Shown piece by piece: positions 26,974-38,067 of a DNA stretch of 64,000 bases (position 1 is its first letter; each line of letters starts with the position of its first letter). The position numbers were made by a program, and so were the translations under genes. This stretch comes from an uncultured Lachnospiraceae bacterium (GTDB taxonomy: Bacteria > Bacillota > Clostridia > Lachnospirales > Lachnospiraceae): assembly GCA_910586405.1 (NCBI GenBank), contig CAJUII010000006.1, positions 2,645 through 66,644 on the forward strand. Reading direction: 5' to 3'. The notes under the pieces were generated by a model. That model was not told where the DNA came from. It ran no database searches and was given only the letters and a program-made list of their open reading frames with translations.

Positions 26974-29295
26974 TTACATATCTGCATAAAACTTATACGT
27001 ACTCATCATCTCATCAGGAATTTCCTGTGTCACCTTCTGCAATGACTTGATCTTAAGCTCAAATTCCTGCTTCTTCTTCTGGGCATTCCGAAAGCTTCTC
27101 GCCTGCGCTGCCTCATAGGGTCTCTGCGCATTCAGCTTCATTCGAATCTCCTTCTCAAACGGACAGTATGTCGCAAGAATCTCCCTTGCCACCTTGTTCA
27201 TCTTCATGGAGCCGTTTGCTTCATTTTTGATCCATGCCTCATAATCCAGAAGGAAGGTCTCTCTCGAATTATTTCTAGCCTTTTGAATCTGCAATTTTAC
27301 CTTATCGCGCGCATCATCGGATAAATCTCTGTTCTTTCTATAAAACTGGATATAGTCCATATATTCCGAAGTAAGCGACTTGACTTTGACATCATTCCAT
27401 GCCATTCCCTGTATACAACGGCAAAGCTCCCAGCGGAAGCGCCCGAACATCTTTACCATCAATTCATCGATGTTAGAACTTGTCATAATCGGGAAACAGA
27501 AACGTCCCGGTGTCCCCTTATTTTTACCGCCAATCTCCTGCCACATAGAAGCATTCGTTCCAAACAGCGGGAACAGAATCACATCAGGATACACATTTTT
27601 CATTACTGTCTCATTGACAATCTTGTACTCTGCGTTGGAGTAAATCACTTCCCTATAGAATGCCGAATAATCCAGCTTCACTAGACGCTCTACACTCTCG
27701 TTGATCTTCTTTTTGGTGACAAGAAGCTTATCCAGATAACCAAATATTGCATCTTTGTATAAAATCGGCATATAGGAGGACGGCTGTCCGTACAACGTGC
27801 GGGAATTGCTCATCTGCATGTTCATAATCTCATACTCCACACGCCGATTCATATCGTTCAGCAGAATCTTCTGCTCCTTCTCCGTAATCTCTCCCTGCTT
27901 TTTGAGAGACCGCAGATTCTCCACATAATCTTCATCAAACTCACTCTTAGAAGGATCTCGTTTGCCATCATGAATCATGTCAAGCCATTCCATCATGGTG
28001 ACTACCTTGCAGGGACCTTGGTTTTCCTCAGGCTCTATACTGCACAGAAACCGCAGATGTTCCTCATCCAGCAGACGCTCATCTAACATGCCAAAGTTCA
28101 TAAACAGCTCCACTGCCTTGGGCGGATGTATCAATCCCTCCTTTATCTTGCGATAACAGCACAAATATAGCTTGAACACCAAAGGCGTGATTGTCTTTTT
28201 GGCCTTCTTTGTATCGTCATCCACCGACATTCTATCCGGTGCCTTCACCAGATATTCCACATTATTTTTGAGCTTCAATGCATCCTCGTCATTGAAGGAA
28301 GATGCAAACTTAAGAATCTGTTCCATGGCCCCCTGTAAGGACTCCATATCCCGCTTGAGATCTGCCTCACGCTCCTCCTGGGAGCGCTCATCCACCACTG
28401 CCTTTTCTGATACCAAACCATCCATTTTGCGTTTCAATAAATCCATATCAAAAATCGGTGCATTTTGGGTCTGGCTCTCCAGCTCTTTATGCTGGAAAAC
28501 AAATTCATCCACAATTCCACTCAGCAGGATATGGATTTCGTTCGGAATATCATTCTTTTCTTTGATGGCATGTGTCTTATCACAAATGTGGTCAAACAGA
28601 TTATTTCGAGGTCGCAAGCACATTACACCCATCAGATTTTTAATGTAATCAACGATTTCAGCACAATCCTCAAGCAGTGATGTCACAAGCCCCATAATCT
28701 CATCTACCTGAAAAAATGCCATCTTCTCACTGTATGAAAAGTAACTTTTATTCGCACTTAAGGGAATCTTTGCGCCCTCCTCATAATATTCAATCTTATG
28801 CTCATTGACTGCCTGTGTATCCTCATATGGCTGTAGCTGCTCTAATTCTTCAATTCCAGTTGCAGGAACGCCAAACTCTGTGCAGATTCCTTTATACTCT
28901 TCATAACTTCTCTGCAAAAATGAACACAACCGTTCAGCACGTTCGAGATAACTAGACTTAATTCGATATAATTCAACCGCCGTTTTAAACTGTGATGACA
29001 CCATAATTGCACGATAGTCTGCATTTTTGGCAATGATATTTCGAATTGATGCCTCTCCCTGTACTGGAAGTGCGTAGACTACAGAATCCTCCATTGCAGT
29101 GTAAGTAGCGCTGTATACCTGACTTTCCAATGAATTTAAGGCCAAGTAGCTTCCCTGTGATTTTACGAGTCTGATATTCTCTCCTTGCATGATCACCTTT
29201 CCAGAGAGGACTATTCCAATCTGAGTCAGCGCATCTCCCTCCTTAAAGATTATCTCATCTTTACTCACCATATTTTTTCCATTCGTCTTTAGCAT
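26974..29295 (-). CDS. Large protein with N-terminal cyclic-nucleotide-binding-like domain, function unknown
   Basis: IIFKEGD..IGIVLSGKV...YSATYTAMEDSVVY resembles a cNMP beta-barrel; GGAGGG RBS. Confidence 0.7.
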   Translation of the reverse strand: MLKTNGKNMVSKDEIIFKEGDALTQIGIVLSGKVIMQGENIRLVKSQGSYLALNSLESQVYSATYTAMEDSVVYALPVQGEASIRNIIAKNADYRAIMVSSQFKTAVELYRIKSSYLERAERLCSFLQRSYEEYKGICTEFGVPATGIEELEQLQPYEDTQAVNEHKIEYYEEGAKIPLSANKSYFSYSEKMAFFQVDEIMGLVTSLLEDCAEIVDYIKNLMGVMCLRPRNNLFDHICDKTHAIKEKNDIPNEIHILLSGIVDEFVFQHKELESQTQNAPIFDMDLLKRKMDGLVSEKAVVDERSQEEREADLKRDMESLQGAMEQILKFASSFNDEDALKLKNNVEYLVKAPDRMSVDDDTKKAKKTITPLVFKLYLCCYRKIKEGLIHPPKAVELFMNFGMLDERLLDEEHLRFLCSIEPEENQGPCKVVTMMEWLDMIHDGKRDPSKSEFDEDYVENLRSLKKQGEITEKEQKILLNDMNRRVEYEIMNMQMSNSRTLYGQPSSYMPILYKDAIFGYLDKLLVTKKKINESVERLVKLDYSAFYREVIYSNAEYKIVNETVMKNVYPDVILFPLFGTNASMWQEIGGKNKGTPGRFCFPIMTSSNIDELMVKMFGRFRWELCRCIQGMAWNDVKVKSLTSEYMDYIQFYRKNRDLSDDARDKVKLQIQKARNNSRETFLLDYEAWIKNEANGSMKMNKVAREILATYCPFEKEIRMKLNAQRPYEAAQARSFRNAQKKKQEFELKIKSLQKVTQEIPDEMMSTYKFYADM

Positions 29296-29348
29296 CTGTG
29301 TCCCCTCCATATTACTATTTTATATCTCGATATCCCAGTGAACTTCCA

Positions 29349-30017
29349 TCATACAAGTGTTATTTGTTCCGGCTGATCAGGGAAATTTCCAGCATCACTG
29401 CAAACACAAATCATATAACCTTCCAGTGCCTTATACTGTCTTATATCAATCTTACATTTCGTATCCTGGTCGTATATGGAACGATAATCCCAGGCAGTCA
29501 CATACTGGCTGATTCCAGCCCCAATACCTCTTCCGCTTAACTTCACTGCACTTTCCTTTGCTGTCCACATCCTGTAAAATTCTTCTGTCTGTCTATCTGG
29601 ATCAGTCTCCCCCAACGCAAGGAGCCTGTTATATTCGTCCTCATGATAAAATCTCTTTGCCAGAGAAATCTTCCAAGGTCTTATCTCCTGTATATCCACT
29701 CCCACAGGTTTCCTATCCACCGCACAAATGACCCAGTCTCCTGAGTGGGACAAACTATATTGAAATCCTTCATACCCCTTTATGTACGGCTTCCCATAGA
29801 TATCTTTCTTCATTTTTGTCTGCTGCCATGCCGCCGCATCATAACCATTCTGTAAAAACGCATAGCGCAACAAAAGTCCCGCAAAAATACTTCGCTCCCG
29901 TTCTTTGGTGTTTTTCATTACAGTTACCCGCTGAAGCCTGTCACTATCAAGCAGTAAACACAGTTGTTCCTCCTCTGCTGTCTGAATCCTACAAGTTTTT
30001 GCTACATATAATTTCAT
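29349..30017 (-). CDS. Sfp-type 4'-phosphopantetheinyl transferase
   Basis: GKPY, SLSHSG, VGVDIQ, WTAKESAVK. Confidence 0.9.
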   Translation of the reverse strand: MKLYVAKTCRIQTAEEEQLCLLLDSDRLQRVTVMKNTKERERSIFAGLLLRYAFLQNGYDAAAWQQTKMKKDIYGKPYIKGYEGFQYSLSHSGDWVICAVDRKPVGVDIQEIRPWKISLAKRFYHEDEYNRLLALGETDPDRQTEEFYRMWTAKESAVKLSGRGIGAGISQYVTAWDYRSIYDQDTKCKIDIRQYKALEGYMICVCSDAGNFPDQPEQITLV

Positions 30018-30033
30018 TTTTCCTCTGAAACAC

Positions 30034-30058
30034 TACCCCGGCAACGAGTGCCGGGGTA
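30034..30058 (-). terminator. Hairpin after MCP gene
   Basis: TACCCCGGCA / TGCCGGGGTA stem, weak U tract. Confidence 0.55.
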
Positions 30059-30080
30059 AAATAGAATACCTTATTTTGTC

Positions 30081-31859
30081 TTAATATTTGCCAAAATCCG
30101 AATCCAGTGAGATAATACTCTCATTATCAACATAATCACTGCTATCAGACGACATCGAATCAAAATCAGAGTTTCTGCCTTTTCCAGCAAGGAGTTTGTA
30201 CTTGCCAACTGCATTTTGAAGCTGTCCTGCAAGGCTGGAAAGCTCTGCACTTGCAGCCGCACACTGTTCAGAAGTTGCTGAGTTTGTCTGTACAACATCT
30301 GCAATCTGTGTAATACCTGCATTGACCTGTCCAACAGAGCTTGCCTGATTTACAGACGCCTCTGCGATATTGCTCACGATAGATGCAATATTTTCAACAG
30401 ATTCTAAGATTTCCTCAAGCGCTGCTGCGGTTTCTACCGCAAGTTTCGAACCAACCTCTACTTTCTTGATAGAATCCTCGATCATCACAGCAGAGTCCTT
30501 TGCCGCCTCAGCGGACTTGTTTGCAAGGCTTCGAACTTCATCTGCAACCACTGCGAAGCCTTTGCCATGTACACCCGCGCGGGCAGCTTCCACAGAAGCA
30601 TTCAGTGCAAGAATATTGGTCTGGAAGGAAATATCGTCGATGACCTTCATGATCTTTGAGATATTCTCTGAGGACTCATTGATATCCTGCATCGCTGCAA
30701 TCATCTGCTTCATCTGCTCATTGCCGCGGATTGCGCCGTCTTTTGTATTCTGTACAAGCTCATTTGCCTTGTTTGCATCATCTGCATTGACTTTGGCGCC
30801 ATTTGCAATCTCCTCGATGGAAACTGTAATCTCCTCGATGGCGCTTGCCTGCTGTGTCGTACCCTGTGCCAGCGAGTTGCTCGCGCTTGCGACTTCGTTT
30901 GCGCCTGATGTCATTCTTGCAGCCGCATCACGGATTGTAGACAGGTTTCTGTTGTTGTCACGAAGCATCTTCACGATTGCTGTACCGAGTGTGTCATCGT
31001 CACTTGCCTTCTTGTAAGTTGCTGTCAGATCACCCTCTGCAACCTGCTCTGTAATATGCACCTGCTCTCCGATTGTCTTGATCATCATTTTAAAATCTTC
31101 TGCCAGATCGCCAAGCTCGTCATTGGTTGTTCTATTGATGTGGACATTGATATCACCCTTTGCCATTTTCTTAGCAACTTCTGAGAGTGCATTGAGCGGA
31201 TACTGGATCCTTCTCTTTGTCACAACAGTTGCAAAGAAGATACAGAGGATATAGATCAAAACCGCTATCGCAACGATAAAGGTCTGTCTGTGAGAAATAT
31301 AGTCTTTAATTGTTTCTCTGTCCTTTGTCGCGCAGATCATTCCGACAATCTTATTCGTGGAGTCTGTAACCGGAACATAGAATCCATAATAGAGATTTCC
31401 GTCAATCACGAAATCATCCCTGTGATACGTATTTCCTGCGTTTAAAACTTCTGCTGCAGCCTTCGCGTCTGCTTTGGTGCCGACAATAGGATTTCCCTGC
31501 GCGTCCTTGATGGTTGTCGCACGCCGAACGTCGCCAAAGAATAAAGTAATCTGCGCTTCGTTTGCCGCCGCATAATTGTCAACCAGCGCACCCATCTCCT
31601 GAGAGAGATTTACATCACCTTTATATAAATCATCCCCCTGCATGGAGTATTCTCCCGACGACACTCCGTCAAGAGCAAGCATCGTACCTCTTGCCAGTGC
31701 TTCCAGCGTCTTAAAGGTCTCGGATTCCATACCCTGCCTGAGCGTCAGTGTTGAAACTGTTACAATAACAATGCACGCCATCATCATTGGCAGCGATACC
31801 AGTGAAATCACCAGCCATTTAATACTAAATCTGCGATCCGTTTTGTTTTGTTCGTTCAT
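30081..31859 (-). CDS. Methyl-accepting chemotaxis protein (Cache-HAMP-MA)
   Basis: Two TMs, [12 protein letters not shown]ache motif, [35 protein letters not shown]. Confidence 0.95.
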   Translation of the reverse strand: MNEQNKTDRRFSIKWLVISLVSLPMMMACIVIVTVSTLTLRQGMESETFKTLEALARGTMLALDGVSSGEYSMQGDDLYKGDVNLSQEMGALVDNYAAANEAQITLFFGDVRRATTIKDAQGNPIVGTKADAKAAAEVLNAGNTYHRDDFVIDGNLYYGFYVPVTDSTNKIVGMICATKDRETIKDYISHRQTFIVAIAVLIYILCIFFATVVTKRRIQYPLNALSEVAKKMAKGDINVHINRTTNDELGDLAEDFKMMIKTIGEQVHITEQVAEGDLTATYKKASDDDTLGTAIVKMLRDNNRNLSTIRDAAARMTSGANEVASASNSLAQGTTQQASAIEEITVSIEEIANGAKVNADDANKANELVQNTKDGAIRGNEQMKQMIAAMQDINESSENISKIMKVIDDISFQTNILALNASVEAARAGVHGKGFAVVADEVRSLANKSAEAAKDSAVMIEDSIKKVEVGSKLAVETAAALEEILESVENIASIVSNIAEASVNQASSVGQVNAGITQIADVVQTNSATSEQCAAASAELSSLAGQLQNAVGKYKLLAGKGRNSDFDSMSSDSSDYVDNESIISLDSDFGKY

Positions 31860-31948
31860 AAGTAACTTCCTTTCACACAATAGTCTATTAATATTTTTAA
31901 AGGCAGCCGTTGAGAATTTTTCTAAACTGCCCCAACTGCTTAATCTCT

Positions 31949-31977
31949 ATTTTAAATTGTTTCTCCGATTAAGTCAA
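31949..31977 (-). promoter_or_regulatory. SigA promoter of MCP gene
   Basis: TTGACT-17-TAAAAT. Confidence 0.7.
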
Positions 31978-32031
31978 TAGTATATATTGTCCGCAAGTTA
32001 CTTTTTTTACTGGAAGGTTCCTTCTAAACGT

Positions 32032-32814
32032 TTAAAAGGCCAAATATTTTTTCATAGTACGCAGTGCATTCTTTTCCAGACGGGACACCTGCGCCTGAGA
32101 AATGCCGATATATTCGGCAACTTCCATCTGCGTCTTTCCCTCAAAAAACCGCAGATGAATAATTTCATACTCCCTCTCCTCGAGTCTTTTCATCGCCTCA
32201 CTTAGAGAAATATTCTCAACCCAGTTCTCCTCTTTGCATTTCTTATCGCTGATCTGGTCCATCACATAGAGGGTGTCGCCGCCTTCGGTATAGACTGGTT
32301 CATATAAGCTCATGGGATTCTGAATCGCGTCAAGGGCATAGACGATATCCTCCTTGGGAATGCCGATCTCCTCCGAAATCTCCATGATTGTCGGCTCGCG
32401 CAGATTTTTCTTGGTAAGATTTTCCTTTGCATAGATTGCTTTGTACGCCGTATCCTTGAGCGAGCGGCTCACGCGGATCGGGTTGCTGGAATCCCTAAGA
32501 AAGCGCCGGATTTCACCGATAATCATAGGAACTGCATAGGTTGAGAACTTCACGTCAAGGCTGGAATCAAAATTATCGATTGCCTTGATGAGCCCGATAC
32601 ATCCGATCTGGAACAGATCATCGACATTTTCATTAGACTGTGAGAAGCGCTTAATCACACTCAACACCAGTCTTAGATTGCCTCTGATATACTCCTCCCG
32701 CGCCTGCATATCGCCCTGCTCTATCTTCTCAAAGAGAGCCTGTTTCTCTTCATTTTTTAAAATGGGAAGCTTTGCCGTATTTACACCACATATTTCAACT
32801 TTTCCAAGTGCCAT
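32032..32814 (-). CDS. sigG: Sporulation sigma factor SigG
   Basis: KVEICGVNTAKLP, DDLFQIGCIGL, KFSTYAVPMIIGE. Confidence 0.96.
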   Translation of the reverse strand: MALGKVEICGVNTAKLPILKNEEKQALFEKIEQGDMQAREEYIRGNLRLVLSVIKRFSQSNENVDDLFQIGCIGLIKAIDNFDSSLDVKFSTYAVPMIIGEIRRFLRDSSNPIRVSRSLKDTAYKAIYAKENLTKKNLREPTIMEISEEIGIPKEDIVYALDAIQNPMSLYEPVYTEGGDTLYVMDQISDKKCKEENWVENISLSEAMKRLEEREYEIIHLRFFEGKTQMEVAEYIGISQAQVSRLEKNALRTMKKYLAF

Positions 32815-32905
32815 ATTTATTCCTCCTCCAATTTACTATGCCTTATAAACAAAACTCATCTATAGGACATATGTACAAGGATATAAATACGACTGTTATC
32901 CCAAT

Positions 32906-33634
32906 CTAGCTCACCATCTCTTTTTTGAGCCGCTTCATAATCTTCTTTTCAAGACGTGAGATATACGACTGCGAGATCCCCAGATAATCCGCGACCTCCT
33001 TCTGTGTCATCTCCATGTCGTCCGGGTTATTCAGACCAAACCTCAACATGATAATGGTCCGCTCACGCTCTCCAAGTTTAGAGATGGCGCGCTTTAGCTG
33101 GCTTCGCTCCACCTCGGTCTCCAAATCCCTGTAGATCACATCCTCATCTGTGCCAAGGATATCTGACAATAACAGCTCATTTCCATCCCAATCCACATTC
33201 AGGGGTTCATCGATCGAAACCTCCAGCTTTGTCTTATTATTTCTTCTCAGGTACATCAAAATCTCATTTTCGATGCACCTTGATGCATACGTTGCCAATT
33301 TAATATTTTTGCTGCGATTAAACGTATTGATTGCCTTGATCAGCCCGATGGTGCCAATGGAAATCAAATCCTCAACGCCTACACCTGTATTGTCAAACTT
33401 CTTGGCGATATACACTACAAGCCTTAGATTGTGTTCTATCAGCAATGCCCTTGACTCGTTTGCGTGTTCTGTCTCAAGTCCATTGATCGCCCTGTTTTCC
33501 TCCTCACTCTCCAACGGCGGAGGCAGCACTTCTGAACCGCCTATATAGTGTATCTCATTTCCCGCTGCGTTTTTTAGCATGTTTTTTCCAAATGATAATC
33601 TTAATTTTCCCGGCAAATACAGTTTTAAAATCAT
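32906..33634 (-). CDS. sigE: Sporulation sigma factor pro-SigE
   Basis: [46 protein letters not shown]. Confidence 0.96.
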   Translation of the reverse strand: MILKLYLPGKLRLSFGKNMLKNAAGNEIHYIGGSEVLPPPLESEEENRAINGLETEHANESRALLIEHNLRLVVYIAKKFDNTGVGVEDLISIGTIGLIKAINTFNRSKNIKLATYASRCIENEILMYLRRNNKTKLEVSIDEPLNVDWDGNELLLSDILGTDEDVIYRDLETEVERSQLKRAISKLGERERTIIMLRFGLNNPDDMEMTQKEVADYLGISQSYISRLEKKIMKRLKKEMVS

Positions 33635-33664
33635 TTTGATATCCTCCATCCCTCACAATATCCC

Positions 33665-34465
33665 TCATATAATCAGGCTATGGTTCAGAATCATCTGGAA
33701 CTGCCCATCCTTTGACAGTTTTCCCTTATAGAGTGCGATCACTGCTCCCTTTTTTACCACCTGTTCTTTTTCCTTTTGAATAATCAGTTCATCCACCACA
33801 ATTCCCTCCAAAATGCCATGCTCCTTGCCAACACTCTGATAAGGAATAACCTTATACTTTTGCGGATATTTTTCCAGCCACTTCTTAGTCGCTTCTGTCT
33901 CTTCCACCACACTCACTGGTTTGCCAGTCACAGGGTCTGTCAGAAAGTTTCCCGTGTCAAACAGCGCCCTGTACACCGCATTCTCCCCTTCCTCTGTCAG
34001 TGTGACCTCGTAAATCTGCCTTGACTCAACCAGACTGCGGTATGCAAGGATAAAAAACACGATACCTGCGATCGCAACACTCACAACAATACGCGCCCAG
34101 CGCTCTCCCACAAGCCTGTCTGCGCATTGCATGAGTTTCCCATAGGCAAATTCCATTCCGTGCAGATCAATAATTCCCATGACAAGTCTTCGAAATAAAT
34201 TTTTTCCACGAAAAGGATTTCGGATACATAGGAGCAGCATTCCTGCATCCAGAACAAAAACCAACAGGATATAACCGACACTGTACCCAATCCCCAGAAT
34301 CAGTATCAGCACCGCTCCTATACCACCCACAATAGACGCCGCCAACAATCTGACAAGTATGATCTTTTCTTTCAGAAGTAACTGCGTCAACAATAAAAGC
34401 TGTATATTCATCAGAACATTTTGTGCCAGAAAAATGTCAATGTATACTTCATAAATTCGTATCAC
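33665..34465 (-). CDS. spoIIGA: Pro-SigE processing protease SpoIIGA
   Basis: YEVYID N-terminus, TMs, catalytic DTGN.L.DP, IPYQSVG; upstream of sigE; start codon ambiguous. Confidence 0.9.
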   Translation of the reverse strand: MIRIYEVYIDIFLAQNVLMNIQLLLLTQLLLKEKIILVRLLAASIVGGIGAVLILILGIGYSVGYILLVFVLDAGMLLLCIRNPFRGKNLFRRLVMGIIDLHGMEFAYGKLMQCADRLVGERWARIVVSVAIAGIVFFILAYRSLVESRQIYEVTLTEEGENAVYRALFDTGNFLTDPVTGKPVSVVEETEATKKWLEKYPQKYKVIPYQSVGKEHGILEGIVVDELIIQKEKEQVVKKGAVIALYKGKLSKDGQFQMILNHSLII

Positions 34466-34503
34466 CTCCGTCTGGCTGTTATTTTTCCTGTGCGCCTGTG
34501 CCC

Positions 34504-34569
34504 ATTATACGAAAAAATCCCATGCTTTTTTGTCAAAGCATGGGACAAAATGATGTTTATTTTTCGACT
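34504..34569 (-). promoter_or_regulatory. spoIIG promoter (TTGACA-21-TATAAT) with upstream Spo0A-like box, overlapping ftsZ terminator
   Basis: Long spacer typical of Spo0A-activated SigA promoters; AGTCGAA at 34563-34569; hairpin 34518-34545. Confidence 0.65.
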
Positions 34570-34585
34570 TTTTGTGAGCATACAA

Positions 34586-35785
34586 TCATCTCTTTAAGAA
34601 ATTAGGTATATTTAATGTCTGCTCCTTCACATTACTTCTCAGATCTGTAGGAGGTTTGATTCCATTCGCCGGTCTAGGCTGTGCTCCCTGCGGTGCTTGT
34701 CCATTTGGCGTCATCACATTGAGTCCTGCCGTTCCCTGCGGTCTGGGACGAGCTGGTGCATTCGGCATACTGTTGGGTTTCACAGAGAAATTACTGTTGA
34801 TTCTACCCATATTATTGACAGGTACATTCGGTGTTTTTTCTACAATACCTGTCGCAATCACTGTGACGGTACATGAATCCGCCATGTCCTCATTGTACAT
34901 CGCGCCAAAGATGACATTGATGTCCTCACCTGCAAGCTCCTGCACGTAACTTGCTGCATCATTTGCATCAAAGATAGATATATCACCAGAAATATTGAGG
35001 ATCACATCAGTTGCTCCACTGAGGGTTGTCTCCAAAAGCGGTGAATCAACCGCCATCTTGATCGCTTCGGCTGCCTTGTCCTCACCTTTGCCGTAGCCGA
35101 TTCCGATGTGTGCTATACCTTTTTCCTTCATGACAGTCTGTACATCTGCAAAGTCAAGGTTAATGACAGAAGGTACATTGATCAAATCTGTGATTCCCTG
35201 TACAGACTGCTGAAGCACCTCGTCCGCTTTCTTAAGCGCATCGGGCATGGTTGTCCGCCGATCGACTATCTCAAGCAGTTTGTCATTTGGAATGACAATC
35301 AATGTGTCCACATGTTCCTTGAGCTTCTCAATGCCTGTCAAAGCATTCGCCATACGCGTCCGTGCCTCAAATTTAAACGGCTTTGTGACTACACCGACTG
35401 TGAGGATCCCCATCTCCTTCGCAATCGCTGCCACAATCGGTGCAGCGCCCGTTCCAGTACCGCCGCCCATACCACAGGTGACAAATACCATGTCAGCGCC
35501 CTTTAATGCTTCCTTTATATCCTCGGAACTCTCCTCCGCTGCTTTTTCACCTACCTCAGGTTTCGCGCCAGCGCCAAGTCCCTTCGTTAGCTTCTCACCA
35601 ATCTGCAAAAGCTTTGGCGCCTTGCATAGCTGCAATGCTTGCTTATCAGTATTAACCCCTATAAATTCAACACCAGTAATCGTCTCATCTATCATTCGGT
35701 TCACGGCATTGTTCCCTGCGCCGCCTACACCTACAACTATTATCCTTGCCGCTGCATCTGTTTCATTTGATCTAATTTCGAGCAA
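34586..35785 (-). CDS. ftsZ: Cell division protein FtsZ
   Basis: [23 protein letters not shown]-terminal IPNFLKR; TTG start. Confidence 0.97.
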   Translation of the reverse strand: MLEIRSNETDAAARIIVVGVGGAGNNAVNRMIDETITGVEFIGVNTDKQALQLCKAPKLLQIGEKLTKGLGAGAKPEVGEKAAEESSEDIKEALKGADMVFVTCGMGGGTGTGAAPIVAAIAKEMGILTVGVVTKPFKFEARTRMANALTGIEKLKEHVDTLIVIPNDKLLEIVDRRTTMPDALKKADEVLQQSVQGITDLINVPSVINLDFADVQTVMKEKGIAHIGIGYGKGEDKAAEAIKMAVDSPLLETTLSGATDVILNISGDISIFDANDAASYVQELAGEDINVIFGAMYNEDMADSCTVTVIATGIVEKTPNVPVNNMGRINSNFSVKPNSMPNAPARPRPQGTAGLNVMTPNGQAPQGAQPRPANGIKPPTDLRSNVKEQTLNIPNFLKR

Positions 35786-35887
35786 GTTTCCTTCCTCCTT
35801 CATAATTCCTATTAAATTCCATCTAACTTATCATATAATTTTTTTGGCAATTAATCAACCTATTTTTTACTTTTCTTTTTCACTTTC

Positions 35888-36643
35888 CTATTTTCCCCTT
35901 TCAAAAGTAACACTTTTGCGGTCCGCAGTATAATTTTGCAGGTCAAGTGTTCCCTTTTCTCCCTCCAGTGATGGCAAAATCTGTGGGAGCTGCATGAGCT
36001 TTTCGTCGAGATTCTCAAGTGCTCCGATATTGACTTTCACCTCATCGTACCCTAACATAACATTATAATTTTTATCAAACTGTATCTTATCACAGAGAAC
36101 ATTATATTTGTTGAGAAGCTTCGTGATTGTCAGGATATTCTGAAAAATACGGTCGTTTTCCACTGGAAGCTTCTCATATAGCACCACATGATCATACTCA
36201 AGTCCTGTCACCTGCGGAATCCCTTTCGTCGTGACCTTAGAGGACTCCACAATAACGCCCTCATTGTCAAAATACATGTATCTCCCAAGATATTGTACAT
36301 ATCCTGCCAGTGCCTTCTCATATACTGTGATTCGAATGGTGTCATTTGACTGGACAACGACATCCATCGTCTCCACAAACGGAACACCCTCTATCCCCTT
36401 ATTTTTGTATTTTAGAGACAGATAGAGGGAATTATCTCCGAAATATCCTGTCATGACCATCGCCTTGATCTCATCGGCAGAATAATGTTTGTTGCCATCC
36501 ACCTGAACATGTTTGACCGCATAATATGTCAGCACAAAATACAGAACAATTAGAAATACATTGATGATGCCCAGCACAATAATAATGCGTTGTTTCAACC
36601 TAATCTCCGGCATTTTTGTTATAGTACTATCCTGTTTATTCAT
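35888..36643 (-). CDS. ftsQ: Cell division protein FtsQ/DivIB
   Basis: Single TM, POTRA start V.V.GN.HYS; position before ftsZ. Confidence 0.85.
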   Translation of the reverse strand: MNKQDSTITKMPEIRLKQRIIIVLGIINVFLIVLYFVLTYYAVKHVQVDGNKHYSADEIKAMVMTGYFGDNSLYLSLKYKNKGIEGVPFVETMDVVVQSNDTIRITVYEKALAGYVQYLGRYMYFDNEGVIVESSKVTTKGIPQVTGLEYDHVVLYEKLPVENDRIFQNILTITKLLNKYNVLCDKIQFDKNYNVMLGYDEVKVNIGALENLDEKLMQLPQILPSLEGEKGTLDLQNYTADRKSVTFERGK

Positions 36644-36686
36644 CGATATTGCCTTTTCCTCATATATGCATTCTGCTGACACCGCC

Positions 36687-38015
36687 TCAATTCACATAAC
36701 GGATACGTGCACCCAATTCAGAAAGATCACCCACGATATTTTGATATCCTCTTCTGATATATCCTGAATCCGCCACAGTGGTGATGCCAGATGCGCCAAG
36801 ACCGGCGATGACAAGCGCTGCACCACCCCTCAATTCCTTGGCGATAACTGTCCGTCCCTCCAGCTCCCTGTCACCTGTCACGATCGCCGTATCCCCCTCG
36901 ATCGCGATGTCTGCACCCATGCGCTTTAGCTCCTCCACAATTCGAAACCGGCTTGAAAAAATACGCTCCCTGATTCGAAGCTCTCCCTTAGCTGTACAAG
37001 CTGCCGCAAGAAGCAGCGATTGTAGATCTGTCGGAAACGCCGGATACACATCGGTCTCTATGTACGGCAGGTTTTTGATCCTGTCACGATCACAGGCATT
37101 GACCGTGATTTCACTGCGTGCTGCATCCATCTCAATATCTGCCCCCATCCCTGTTATAATATCACAGACACTCCCCAATTGTCCGATGGGAATATTTTCC
37201 AATGTCACTTTGCCGCCCGACACCATTGTAGCAAACAGATATGTCCCTGCGACGATTCTGTCTGGAATGACTGTATAGTCCACACCGTGAAGTCTCGACA
37301 ACTCAACACCATGAATCTCTATCCTGCCAGATTTAAAAAAGGTTCCCGCATAGTCAATACTAGCGCCTGCCAGATTCAGGAATTTGCACAGCTCGATCAC
37401 TTCGGGTTCCCTCGCTGCATTTTTGATGACTGTCGTCCCCTGTGCTGTCACTGCTGCCAGGATAACATTCTGTGTCGCCCCCACACTCGAAAATGGAAAC
37501 TCAATCACAGCCCCTTTTAACTCATCGGCATATGCATGGATATGATTTCCCTCTGTCCAAATCTGAGCCCCGAGCTTCTCCAGTCCATACAGATGCAGAT
37601 CGATCGGCCGCTCACCAATCACGCAGCCTCCTGGATAGTTGACACAGACCTCCCCAAGCCGCCCAAGCATCGCTCCCATCAAGACGACGGAGGAACGCAT
37701 GGCAGATACATATTTTTCGGGCAGCCTGCGTTCCCGCACACTGCGTGTATCAACCACAATCCTGTTGTCCGCAAGCAATTCTTCTGTATCGACCACCGCA
37801 CCAGTACTCTTCAACAGACTGCACATACACTCGATATCTGTAATATTCGGGCAGCCTCGCAGCACACATTTCCCCGGTATCAACATGCACGCCGCAAGTA
37901 CCGGAAGTGCTGCATTTTTAGACCCTTGTATCCGTATCCTGCCGCCGAGCGGCTTTTTTCCCTCCATCCGTATAGACTCATCATTCCCGCCAAACTGGGT
38001 CATAGGCTTCACCAT
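36687..38015 (-). CDS. murA: UDP-N-acetylglucosamine 1-carboxyvinyltransferase
   Basis: GSKNAALP, MRSS, PGGCVIGERPIDLH, PDRIVAGT, FPTDLQ; start uncertain. Confidence 0.93.
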   Translation of the reverse strand: MVKPMTQFGGNDESIRMEGKKPLGGRIRIQGSKNAALPVLAACMLIPGKCVLRGCPNITDIECMCSLLKSTGAVVDTEELLADNRIVVDTRSVRERRLPEKYVSAMRSSVVLMGAMLGRLGEVCVNYPGGCVIGERPIDLHLYGLEKLGAQIWTEGNHIHAYADELKGAVIEFPFSSVGATQNVILAAVTAQGTTVIKNAAREPEVIELCKFLNLAGASIDYAGTFFKSGRIEIHGVELSRLHGVDYTVIPDRIVAGTYLFATMVSGGKVTLENIPIGQLGSVCDIITGMGADIEMDAARSEITVNACDRDRIKNLPYIETDVYPAFPTDLQSLLLAAACTAKGELRIRERIFSSRFRIVEELKRMGADIAIEGDTAIVTGDRELEGRTVIAKELRGGAALVIAGLGASGITTVADSGYIRRGYQNIVGDLSELGARIRYVN

Positions 38016-38067
38016 ATAAATATATCAATCATAATATTATATGCGTGAACTTTGTATAAATTCCCAT

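Noticed and set aside
29349..30017. PPTase as marker of an NRPS/PKS cluster
   Set aside because: No synthase or carrier protein in the window
31860..31945. Known c-di-GMP riboswitch before the MCP
   Set aside because: Class I GCAAA/GNRA motifs and the class II kink-turn/pseudoknot pattern are not present
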